Source of the DNA: Saccostrea echinata
Lineage: Eukaryota
DNA: 64,000 nt
Direction of reading: 5' to 3'
Assembly (NCBI RefSeq): GCF_033153115.1
Contig: NW_026889760.1
Span: forward strand, 3,534,001 to 3,598,000
The notes under the pieces are model-generated. The model saw nothing but the letters and a program-made list of their open reading frames with translations. It was not told the DNA's origin and ran no database searches. Every line of letters begins with the position of its first letter. The stretch's first letter is position 1. The position numbers and the translations under genes were made by a program. This document shows, piece by piece, positions 40,580 to 64,000 of this stretch.

Positions 40580-40786
40580 AATTGTGAAATTGTCGAAGAG
40601 GAAATAATAGCGCCTGTTCAGAAACTTGAAAATGGTAAAGCCGCAGGGTATGATAACATTGTAAATAAACATATTTCTACAACATTGTCAACTTTTTTAC
40701 CTTTATATAAGAAGTTCTTTAATATAATTCTTTATAGTGGTTAAGTTCCAGATGAATGGTTAATTGGTATTGTTAGACCAATTTAT
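40580..40786 (+). mobile_element. Non-LTR retrotransposon reverse transcriptase N-terminal fragment (pseudogenic)
   Basis: NCEIVEEEII..QKLENGKAAGYDNIVN....YKKFFNIILYSG*VPDEWLIGIVRPIY resembles the KAAGxDxI / FN..L.SG.VP..W..G...PIY signature; one in-frame stop. Confidence 0.8.
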
Positions 40787-41040
40787 CACGCGGAAACGAA
40801 AGTGTTAAAACATACAAAATTTATGAATTTATGACCTTGACTTTGACGTTTTGACCTCAAAATCAATAGGGTTCCTTTTTTCACGCCTCAGGGAGTTTCT
40901 ATGCAAAATTTCATTGCGAGAGTTCAAAGGGTTCTCGTGATAACGCGCGGAAACGAAAGTGTTACAGACAGAAAGAAATACGGACGGACAGAAGACCCAA
41001 ATTTATATCACCCACTTTCAGTGAAAGCGGGGGACAAAAA
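40787..41040 (-). mobile_element. Helentron-like fragment truncating the LINE piece
   Basis: TGACCTTGACTTTGAC motif, (GACG/GACA)n microsatellite and a terminal hairpin CCCACTTTCAGTGAAAGCGGG followed by an A run. Confidence 0.6.
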
Positions 41041-41204
41041 GAGGAAAGTGCATCAATCTACATGTCAATATCTTTCATGATATAAACTCATCATTTTTTT
41101 TTATTAAATTTTATCTGCATCTATAATTTTAGAAGAAATGCTTAATTTGGCAAAAGTTTGGATAATGTAGAGTATATCTTTATCAGAGAAAACTTCAGTG
41201 ATGT

Positions 41205-41300
41205 GGTGTTGTGGGTAACCCCCCTTTCACTAAGCACTGCGGAATATTCATATCGGGATCGAGAGACAGCCGGAAATTTTAGGACGCCATCTATGCGCGC
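41205..41300 (+). promoter_or_regulatory. Putative SMC1 core promoter
   Basis: CpG-enriched patch with ETS-like CCGGAAA (41270) and YY1-like CGCCATCT (41285), about 120 nt before the ATG. Confidence 0.45.
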
Positions 41301-41404
41301 TAAAATGTTTACATTAAAAAAGGAAAACAAATGATCAAAATCGACACCTAGATAATTGCAAATGCAAAATTTTCCATCAAATAGTGTAACATAACAAACT
41401 GACA

Positions 41405-53834
<12,430 letters not shown>

Positions 53835-54615
53835 ATAGGGTCTACTACAGGCACATGACAAAATGCAGCTACCCATGGAGAGCCTCATACTGCCAATTTT
53901 GTTTGAAGGAATTCGCTTTACATTGACAGAGTTTTGATTTATAGGTGTACTTTTTGACATTAATGTGTAATTTTTTATCTGTTGTAAATTTAGAAAGTAC
54001 CATCAAGTAGAACGATTTTTGTTTAATTCATGGTCTACACTACATTTATATCTTCATGGGAAATACATGTAATTCTTTGATGTAAATTTTTACTTTGGAA
54101 TTCATTCATTCATAAATACGTGTTCATATATTTAACGTGTTATGATCTGAGAAATTTATCATGCATAACATTTTAGTCTTGCTTCTTTGTTGTATTTATA
54201 TTACAATAAAAAGTAGAATTGTCATTAATATAGCTTATTTTTGGGCTTTGATGTTTACATATTATAATACATGTAAATACAGTCCTGCAAATTTTTTCAG
54301 CATTACAGTTTCTGCATTAAATTATCTTTCAGGAAAAGCTAAAACAAGACGGTGGTAATTTGTATACAATTTATATTCACATAAATACATGTAGGTCATT
54401 TATAGACATACAATACATAACAGTGAATTTTTCACAATTGAATTAAAATCTTCACATGATATTTGAAAGAAAAAAAAAACATTTGGAAATAACAAAAATA
54501 TCACAGATTTCTTCATGAAATATAAAGATTTTGAATTGTAAAATTTCATTTCCTAGTTAAATAGTTCTTAAAACTTGTTAAAATTTCATCATATATCTAC
54601 AATGTATTTGTGTTC

Positions 54616-57600
54616 TTAAGCCCTGGACTGCACAGGGACTTGTTGACCGCTAATGGCAGGACCATTTGGTTGGGTAAGCCGGTCATTGGCTTTGGCTCTT
54701 AAGTGTTCTGCCATTCCTGGCAGCCTAGAGAAATAGTTCCTAGCTAGCACATGTTTCTGTTGAACCTTCTGAATGAAAACTAAACCGTATCCCTGAAATA
54801 GAATAACGCTTGTGGTTAACATTCAACAAGTAGAGAATTTCAGCAAGAAATTTCTCCTTATGGTATCAAAAATCTGCATTCCTCATAGCATCATTATGCA
54901 CAATGTAGCCATATCCAATTAAAGTTTTACTTTATAAATATGCATGAAATAATCTGGAGTTGCTATTGAATTCATGTAAATCAGCACTTTGAAAAAATTG
55001 GTGTTGTGCATGACATATTTACATGCATGTACACAACTGTTTGGATTGAACTGGAATGTTTTGCTATAAAAGTCTGAATGCACTGCACTTAAAACTAGAA
55101 GGAAAAAAAATCCACAAAAAATGAGATATACCTCCTCCAAATCATGGAGTCTTTCATGGGCAGCGGCCTCATCCTTCGTCAAGAGGATGCAGTTCCAGGG
55201 AGACCACTCCTGATGTTTGTCCCAGCGGGACAGAACCAGGTCAAAGATGTCGTCCCATGCACTCAGTATGCTCTGGCAACTCCAAATCTTCTCCACAAGG
55301 TAACGCAGATCCTGTTCCTGAAAAATAAGTGTTTGGAACACTTATCAATATGTTTATGTAATGCTAAAAGAGTTTGAGCTGGAAAATATATTTGGGCTTT
55401 AATTTCAGTCTTTCCAGACAAAATATATTTGTTCATGGAAGCGATGTCAAGATTAAAGAAGGCATTTCATTGATGGCAAAGAAGTTATCTTTGTTCTCTT
55501 TTTTTACCTGTAGGAGGAAGGCAATTCTGGAGCCATCGCTGTATCTTTCCTCCGCTCGCCGCAGCATTTTGAGCATGTATGTGTAAGTGCTGTAATCCTG
55601 TCTGGTTCGTGCATCATTGTCAATCTTTGTACATCTCTGGCACTTGCCAACAGTGCGAGAGTTGGAGGCGAGGGCAAACTCAGTCGAAGGCAGATACTGA
55701 TTGCAGCTGGGACAGAAGTAGATGTTCTTGCGGAGGACAGAGGGATCTTGAGGCACCTTTAGGGAAAAAATGTAAGATTATTTTTTCATCTTGTATTTTT
55801 GTTCCCCTCAACATGATGTACCATGTTTTAAAATGGAAAATGTTTAGAGATAAGATACTTAAAATTTAAATAACAAGTGCAAACAGCTTCTAGAAAAATT
55901 TGTAAACAGATACTAGAGATTTTTTTACAAAGATTGCTTAGCTGTACCTTGAGCAATTTGGCAGCTTCTGGGTTGAATGTAGGTGTCTTGATGTACTGTA
56001 AGAACAAAGTAGAAATTCTTTTTCTGAGGCCTTCAAGATTTCCCTCTCGAACGCCTCTCATAAGTAGGTCAGCCTCTCTGTCAATCAGCTCAATGATTTC
56101 CTGAGTCAGTTTGCAGTCATGCTCCTAAAATGAAAAATAAAGAAAATTGCAAAATCTTTTTATTTCCCAGATCAAAGAAAACCTCTTAATAATTAATTAG
56201 TTTACTTTTACATGTATTCAAGTATCCACTGAAATAGCACATGAATATACAAAAAAAAACACTGTTCAATAATTACAGCATATGTATAACTTGTCCTGTG
56301 ACAACATTTATTCTCAAAGTAAAATTTTATAAGATGCGAATTATTGCCATCTTATAATTTATTGCAATAAAATAAATAATATTTGTTATAGATTTTAATG
56401 TTTTAACAGTTAAGCAGGTATACTGTACCTTGACAGTGTGTTTGAGAGTCAGTAGCACATCCAGTCTTTCATCCTGAGTCAGGTACTTCATGTTGATACT
56501 GTTGTAGATGTCCCTCAGCTCTTTGGCTCGGATTGTGTAGGGGGTGTCCATCTCAGTAGTCTTACCATCGTGTCCCTTCCACTTCTTAGGGGCTGCAGCC
56601 TGTAACACAGTAGAAACAGTTGAGTAAATTTTCAAAAGCAGAAAAAACTTTTGACATAGACCTATAAAAATTGACCATACATTTTGAGGGAAACCCCCCC
56701 CCCCCAAAAAAAATCTTCTAGATATGAAAAGACTATGAACATGATTTTAAGGGAAACACAGATTTTAAATAGAGTAAGGTATTCCATTTAAATTTTTAAC
56801 TCAGCATTCTGATTGGTAAAAATTCTAGCTTATGCCTTGCCTTGCTTAGGAATGCCTGGATACGTTTCTCTTTGTTTTCACTGTCAGCCTCCAGTTTGTG
56901 GCGACCAATAGCTGAGATAAGCTGGGTCTCCTGATCCAGTAACATACACAGAGCTGCTTTACGCTCAGCACCCTCAGAAGTTCCATTGATCCTCTCTAAC
57001 TCCTCTTGTCTCCATTCTGTAATGGAACACAATTAAAAGGTGTTTAAAAAAAGCAGAAAGAATACTTTCTTAACTTCGAATTTTTCATATTGATTATTTG
57101 GTTACAGAAAAATATATTCAAAAGATTTTTTTTAAACAATGATCTAAGTACATAGTTTATTTATTGCATGAAGTTATGTTGTCAAGTCTTACAATATTAT
57201 GAAAATAGTAGTCTTCCTAAGATTCAAGGTAGCATAAATTTACTGGTACATAGCATTAAATTTAGTTCTATTTTATTTGTGGATCATTCAAAATATAATA
57301 ATTAGAATTTCTGAGACTTATTAATCCCTTGACTTACTTTCCAGAGCATGATAGAGTAAATCAAAGTCCTCTTTTGTTTTGGGGTTCATCCTCCTCTCGA
57401 ATTCTTTTTTGATTCTCTCCTCTTTTTCTTTCTTTTTCTTGAGTTCCTCTAGCCTCTCCCATTCCAGACGTTGGATTTTGTCTTGTTTTAATTTTTCCAC
57501 ATATCTTTTTGCTAACCACCTTCTGTGGTACTTTTGAATTATAATGACCTGGGAAAAAAAAAGATCGGAGGTTTTGTTAGAAGTATTTGTGCCAATTTTT

Positions 57601-60600
57601 CATGAAATTACAAATATATTTTACAAGTAGCTGACATTAACTTTAGACCTTCATTGTTGAAAGAAGACTCACTTTTTTGAAAATCATGCTATGATGCTCA
57701 TCTGCAGTAGTGTATTTCCCAGGCACCATAAGTTTATCCTCCATATTGGATACATACACTCCAATCCCTGTCATCTGAGTAGACGTGTCGTTTGTCGTCT
57801 GCTGAACATGATGCCTCTGTTGCACTGTTTGGGTGTCTCGACAGTTTCTGGGGACTTGAGAAGGTGGAGGTTGTTTCTTGATGGTCTGGGCAGTGGCATG
57901 ATGGTATAGGACCCCCGTTTTCTTGTGGCGGTATCCACCCAGATATGGCTTCTTTCTAGTGGCTCTTTCAATCTCCACCACCACATCTTTGTATGCATTC
58001 TCATCTGAAATCATGGAAAATATTTATATATACATTTTTTTCTAGATTTTTAATGTCTACTTATTTGATTACAATTTTATAAATCAGATTGTATAAACAT
58101 TCTCTGTTTTTATTATTTTTTTTGGGGGGGGGGGGGGGTGTTGTTCCAGTTTTAATGGTTCCTGTGCTTTGTATAGTTCACTTGACAGAATAAAAATTGA
58201 CAACATTTAATTACCAAAATTCACCAATATTTTTAAGTACCAAAAATCAATTCTGGTTTCAGAATAATCCATTTCAATCAAAAAATTTCATGTCAATCCT
58301 ACATATAAGTATTGCTTAGTAAACAGCCCACCTGTTTGTACCCGGACTGTTATGACATCAGGCATGTGGTACTCTTGTCGTGGACGGTAAGTCTTGATGG
58401 GGGTGTTTACTGGATCAGCTGACTGCATCTCTAATTGGACTGTTCCATTAGGCCCCACCCCCAGATCTGCTAGAGTAGTGGTATCCTCGACAGCTTTTCC
58501 TAAAATAAAAATGGATCAAGACTTCAGGGACATTTCTAAAGGGTTTTTTTTTCATAAATAGTACTTCATATTTAAAATGATAATTTTCTAGTAAAACAAA
58601 TAATTAGTATTTGTAGGTAAAATTTAAGATTTTTGTTGTTAATATATGTATCTGAGTTTATGAATGATACATCTGAGTCTGTAAATGATTTTACCATCAA
58701 ACATCAGGAGTATGAGCTGTACAGGCATCTTAAGCTCCTGGGAGAAGTGGTCCTTCAGTTGATGTAGGGTTTGACCCAGAGTACAAGCCAGGGTCACCAC
58801 CTGTCCACTGGGCATCAGTACTATCTTCACTAAAAAATGAAATTATCATAATGATTGTGAACTTGTGTCAGATACCTTTTTTTTGTTTATTGCAATTCTT
58901 ACAGAAAACATCTTTTATTTTTTTTAATTTAAAAATGCCTTATGGCAATAATTTCATATGGATTGGTGAGATAACTTTATTAGTAGGTGGACTCTATGTT
59001 GAACAACAATTTACTTATTTCACATCATAAAGGTTTAACATATCACTCTGTTCAGTCTGTGACACCATTTTAATATTAATGTTTCTGATTTACTCTGTGT
59101 CAAAATTATTGTATGTCCTTTTGGATTCTAGATTTGGAGTACATTTTTGGCTTAACAAGACAAATGTCACTGGTTGAAAAAAGTAATAAGAGAGAGTAGT
59201 AATCAGTATGTATGAGAGTAAAATAAATTAATTCCATTTGAAGGGGATAAAATATGATGGCTATGACCTGGAAACCCTCTTCCTCAAAAGCAAAAGTGTC
59301 CCCATATTTTGACATCATATAACCTACAAATACTTCTGTATTATTCCTGTTGCCTGTTGAGCTTGAAGAATTTCAGTGAGCCAATGTCCTTGATAACTTA
59401 TTTACCTGTTGCAGTGGCCTCTAGATTGGCTGTGGTCCTGGGTGTTGTGGCATGAGGGTCAGTCTCATGTCCCTCCCCGGTTTCCATTGTGCCCATCCCT
59501 GTTGTCTGAGTGGGCTGAGGAGTTGGGGCAGGAGCTTGCTACAATAGTAATTAGTTCTTCTGTAGAAGTCATTCATGATCAAATGTATGACCTTTTCTTG
59601 AAGAGAGTACAGTTGTTAGAAATTATCTCTACCTGTATTGTGTCTTCTCTGGGAGGTTCTTCCGACTTTTCAGCCCCCGTAGATTCTTCAGACGGCTTCT
59701 CCTCAGATTTCTTTTCTCCCTCTGGTGCAGCATCCTTAGATGCCTCTGTCAATAATAAATTTAAAATTACATCATTTGGTTTTATTGAATACCATAGATT
59801 GCCAATTTTTTGAGACACCTTATTTTCACGAGATATTGTAGTTATTTGGTATTTATAAGCAAGACAATATTTTCATGAATTTTGGTTACTGCTGTATATA
59901 ATGTTCAATAATACAAATATGTGTGAGAATGAAATTTTTGCAGATGGTGTGACATAATTATGCAAATAAAGTGATTGAAAAAATCTAGCAGATTTTGAAT
60001 TTTTTAAACTTTGGTGGTCTGCTTGAAGTTAACACTGCTCTTTATCAAGCATGAGAGAATGGAATATTGGATGGAAACTTTGACAAAAATTTTTAGTCAT
60101 TAGTCAATATCAACAATATCTTTCCATATCTTCAAAGTTTCCAAGTTTACAGAATTGTATCACAGTGTTTGCATTGGTGCACCTTGTACAATAAATGACA
60201 CTTAATATTCAAAGCATATTATTACCAGTGCTTTCTTGGGTGACTTCCTCTTTGGGTTCCTCCTTAGCTTCTTCCTTAGCTTCCTCTTTCTCTTCCTTAG
60301 CTTCCTCTTTCACCTCTTCCTTAGCTTCCTCTTTGACTTCTTTTTCTTCCTCTTTAGGTTCTTCTTTTGCTTCCTCCTCTTCTGCCTTCTTCTCTGTAGT
60401 TTCTTCCTTTGCCTCCTCTGTAGAATTAAATTAAAACGATTTTTTTTTAATTGCATGTATAATATGACTCAAACAGTATAAATCTTGCATCCTCATTGAC
60501 AAAACCTAAAGTTATGGAAGAATTCTGAAATAACATGATTAAAATCAAAAACTTCACTATGGAACGACGTAAGTTGGAAATGTGGTAAAATCCTGTAAAG

Positions 60601-61266
60601 CCAGAAAGTGTATATTATAAACAATGGTTGATTGAAAAATTTTCATAACCTGAGTATATTTGCATCTACATAGTACAGCGTTCCATCAAACCTGATGATT
60701 ATACGCTGGCCCTGCGCAAACGGACCTCTAAATTTTAATTTAAAAAGTATAAATAAACTAAGTGCTATGGAAAATATAAATAAACTAAGTGCTATGGAAA
60801 ACAATTTACATTGTGCATGAAAAAGGTGTATATCTATATATATATAATATATTTGTAATTTTATCTCAGAAAAACAGAACATTTGCTCAACTTAAGAGAA
60901 TGAAATTCCAATGAGCATTTTGGTAGCTTTATTTCTTTAACAAATCATATGTTATTTGCTCTCTAAGAGTGTTGCATGATATGTATTTTTATGTCCAATT
61001 ATAGATCTATACAATAATACTTCACACCAATGTGCTAGCATTGTACCTGCAGGTGGTGCAGCTATTGTTTCTTGGGTGGTCTCCACCACCGGTTCAACAG
61101 TCTCGGGGGCTGCTGGCTCCGCAGCTGGTGGTGGCTCTGTTACTTGTGGTGGGGCATTTTCAGGAGCTCCCTGATTTGTTTCCTCTGTGGTTTCTGCCAC
61201 TGGAGCAGGAGTTTGTTCTTCTGTTTTTTCCTCAGCTGTTTCTGTTTTTTGTTCTTGATCTGCCAT
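54616..61266 (-). CDS. IQUB: IQ motif and ubiquitin-like domain-containing protein (radial spoke component), 879 aa
   Basis: 14 exons: 61266-61047, 60417-60226, 59745-59633, 59538-59406, 58829-58695, 58499-58332, 58004-57673, 57548-57338, 57016-56841, 56599-56429, 56124-55948, 55756-55508, 55317-55132, 54792-54616. Motifs [64 protein letters not shown]. Confidence 0.95.
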
Positions 61267-61729
61267 GATGTTACTTAGACAGACTTTAAAAAACAGAATA
61301 AATGCACTGACTTAGTTGGTTAAATCAGATTACCGGTATAATTATTTGAAGCTATGCACGCACTGAACTGTACAAAATCGGAGGGACGTCCGACCCAACT
61401 TTATTTTTACAGACCATTCTGATACAGCTCTGCAGCTAATGATTTATATGACAATCGGAATATATTTAGCTACAACTTCAGAATGGAGATTTTGCAAAGA
61501 ACTTAAATTATCATTTACACACATGCAAAACTGGTTTTGTATACTTCTGTTTATTGCTGGGTTTTATCGGATAAATTTGTCACCTGCAGAAAAACTAACT
61601 GTTGTAAAAATAAAACAAAACTTGGAATACAGTTTTATTTTTTTGTCGTTGAGAGTTTAGATACAAATTATAGTAAATTTACTCTGTGTTTAGGGAAAAT
61701 ACATTTAGTAAAATGAGTGAATCTCGTCA

Positions 61730-62070
61730 AACTTACCATACAATTACTACCTGCACTCAGATTACTGATCCGCCATTGAGGTTGTTTTCATGACGTCTTG
61801 GTTACCGAAAAATGAACCGACAGGTGAAGAAACCCGCTTTCTCATTGGATAATGTGCTTCGATCGACCAATCCCAATACACGTAGCAATTGCCCATGGAC
61901 ATTTACCGAGTAGCTATTCCACTGGGCCATAACAACACACAACTATAATTTTTGAAGAAAATTATCACATTTTTTCAAAGAAAATGTGATGGGAAGGCTC
62001 ATGGATTAGTTTATTTCAACAGTGAGAGTTTTATAGGAATTCAAACAAGCGTTTATTGGAAAGGTAAGCG
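61730..62070. promoter_or_regulatory. Bidirectional promoter of IQUB and the downstream + gene
   Basis: A minus-strand donor (CTTACC, about 61732) and a plus-strand donor AAG|GTAAGC (62063) flank a CpG-richer core. The core has TGACGTC (61791), opposed CCAAT boxes (ATTGG 61844, CCAAT 61866) and X-box-like half sites (GTTACC, TTGCCCATGGAC). Confidence 0.6.
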
Positions 62071-63006
62071 GAGACAAAATATATTTATGATAGTTTCTAT
62101 GCGTGTTACTGTTGACCATGGAAAATATGGTCCCAGATCACATACATCATGTACATACGGTGCAAAACTGTCATTTCGGAATTTTGGCTTGCAAGGTGGC
62201 AATTCGGTATTATTGTATTTCGATTGTAAACAACCTTATTCACATACTACAATGCAAATAATTGAATTATTGAATGTTATATTTAGTTATTAAAGTTGTC
62301 GGTTACACAATAGGCCTACATGTATTTAGTTTTCTCATAGTCACTACTTCCTTGCAATTTTCAACTTCTTTTTTATAAGACTGAAATTGTGATAAATGGT
62401 TAAGGGATCCATATTTTCAAACGGGTAAAGGATTTTTAGAGGATGGAGGGGTGCATGTTAGGGGTCCAGAGAAAATGTACAGTGTACCTTCCTCTTAATT
62501 TATTTTTTTTTGAATGCAGAAATATCAAATGAAAATTCACAATTTACTTAGTGGTGTTTGATGAAGTGTACATATTCTTTTCCCAAAATTTCCTTCAGTG
62601 TATGAACCCCAGATCTTAAATTTGTGACATAAGAGATAAAATGTATACATGCATTTTTACACAAATCAGGCTTAGGTAATAAATATTGGAAAAATGCCAT
62701 GTAACAAGTCATTTATATTTGAGGGTTTCTTAATTGCATCAAAGTTTAAACAAAGTTTTAACAATTAAGATTGTGCATAACCGTTTTGAATATTTATATA
62801 ATTTTTTTTTTATTTCATGTATCTTTGAAAGAAATTTGCAATTTTGTCACTTTGGAAAGTTACATATTCAAGCTAGACTCTGTGTATTTTGTATACAAGT
62901 GTGTTTCAAAATTGAAACAAGAAGTCTAGATATGTAAAGATTTTTCTTTTATTAATGCCAAATAGAAAGTAATTTAAGCTAAAGGTATTTGCTTTATAAA
63001 TTTTAG

Positions 63007-63594
63007 ATGTCTACGGCACCTGTGCCACCTATAAATGGCCATCAAGGCACAAATGGAGTTCTAAATGGAGGAACACCGAGAGAAAATGGAATATCTAATG
63101 GAACAATGAATGGAGAAACCCCCAGAAGCAGGGGCAAGCTGGGAGGGATAGGACCTGATGGTTATCCTCGTCTACCCCCCATAACCAAACCAAGTCAAAG
63201 AGTTGACGACCCCTATGCCAACAGCAAGCTCATGAAATTTAGACTTGCCAATCACAAACAAGCAATGTTGATGAAGATTTTGTAAGTTTTTAACTCAAGT
63301 TACTAGCATTTATTTTTTAATGATAAAAAACAAAATTTTAGAAAAGAAAAAATAAAATGTAATATTAACTTCTTAATAATATAAAATTCAAACATTGAAA
63401 ATGAATGCTAAAGAAGGGTATTTGATATGCCTTTTTTCCCCATATTTCCTTTTTCTGAGAATTTTGAAGATTTTTAAACAAAGAGAAATTTTCTTTTTCA
63501 CAGACATGACCAAGCAGAAAAAGACTTATTGGACACAGAAGAATTCTGTGAGAAACACCCAGATAAAAATGCTAACCCAGATTATCCTCAAGAG
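63007..63594 (+). CDS. Uncharacterised protein, 5' coding exons; continues past the right edge
   Basis: TTTTAG|ATG exon 63007-63281 (MSTAPVPPINGH...MKFRLANHKQAMLMKIL, donor GTAAGT) joins in phase to 63504-63594 (HDQAEKDLLDTEEFCEKHPDKNANPDYPQE). Further candidate exons at 63809-63832 and from 63957. Confidence 0.75.
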
Positions 63595-64000
63595 GTAGGG
63601 CAAAGTGTTTTTTCCTAACCGAAGTGTCCTTTCAACTCATTTATGTTAATGCAATTGGGATAGGACTTTTTCTTTCACTTAAACTTTGTTAAATGACCAT
63701 CCAAAAAACTTTGATTTCATATGAAATTTATATGCATGTTAAGAGCCCATAATTTGGGAAATACTTTATTCCTAGTGTAATACATACTTAGATGCATATA
63801 TTCTACAGAAATGCCCAGGAAGTAATAAGTTGGTCAGTAAATTTTTGATCTATATAAAGCTTACCTTTAAAAATAAGGCATGGACATCTATTAAAAAGGA
63901 ATTTGTACAATATTAACTTACTTTCAAAGTCATGAAACTGGCTGTTTTCATGATAGATGCATGGAAGTGTGGAAGAAAATGATGCTGATGTGTATCATTA

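Noticed and set aside
59260-59325. Possible extra IQUB cassette ([19 protein letters not shown])
   Set aside because: The available donor gives phase 0 whereas the next exon needs phase 1.

Overview
AT-rich, intron-rich animal genomic DNA, most likely an oyster (Ostreidae); this is inferred from Helentron-type elements carrying a ~166-bp Cg170-like satellite and from G/C-run MITEs. Most of the ORF track is noise, so genes were reconstructed by hand from splice sites. Recognisable genes: the first two exons of an Ldh_2-family oxidoreductase (-, runs off the left edge); complete RIBC2/RIB43A (-, 6 exons, 379 aa); complete SMC1 (+, 27 exons, 1251 aa), head-to-head with RIBC2; complete IQUB (-, 14 coding exons, 879 aa, one GC-AG intron); and the 5' part of an unidentified + gene sharing a bidirectional promoter with IQUB. 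Two further genes are largely invisible in the ORF track. One is an orphan gene at 5.6-8.1 kb (-) built from symmetric phase-0 exons of 63-81 nt, five of which each encode one His/Leu helical repeat. The other is an X-box-preceded + gene at 13-26 kb with two duplicated, equal-length alternative last exons. SMC1 intron 17 holds 16 tandem copies of its own exon end plus splice donor, and the base substitutions relative to the exon are all synonymous. The remainder is Helentron elements, mariner/pogo/hAT-like MITEs, LINE and SINE fragments, nested insertions, simple repeats and one 134-nt N gap.
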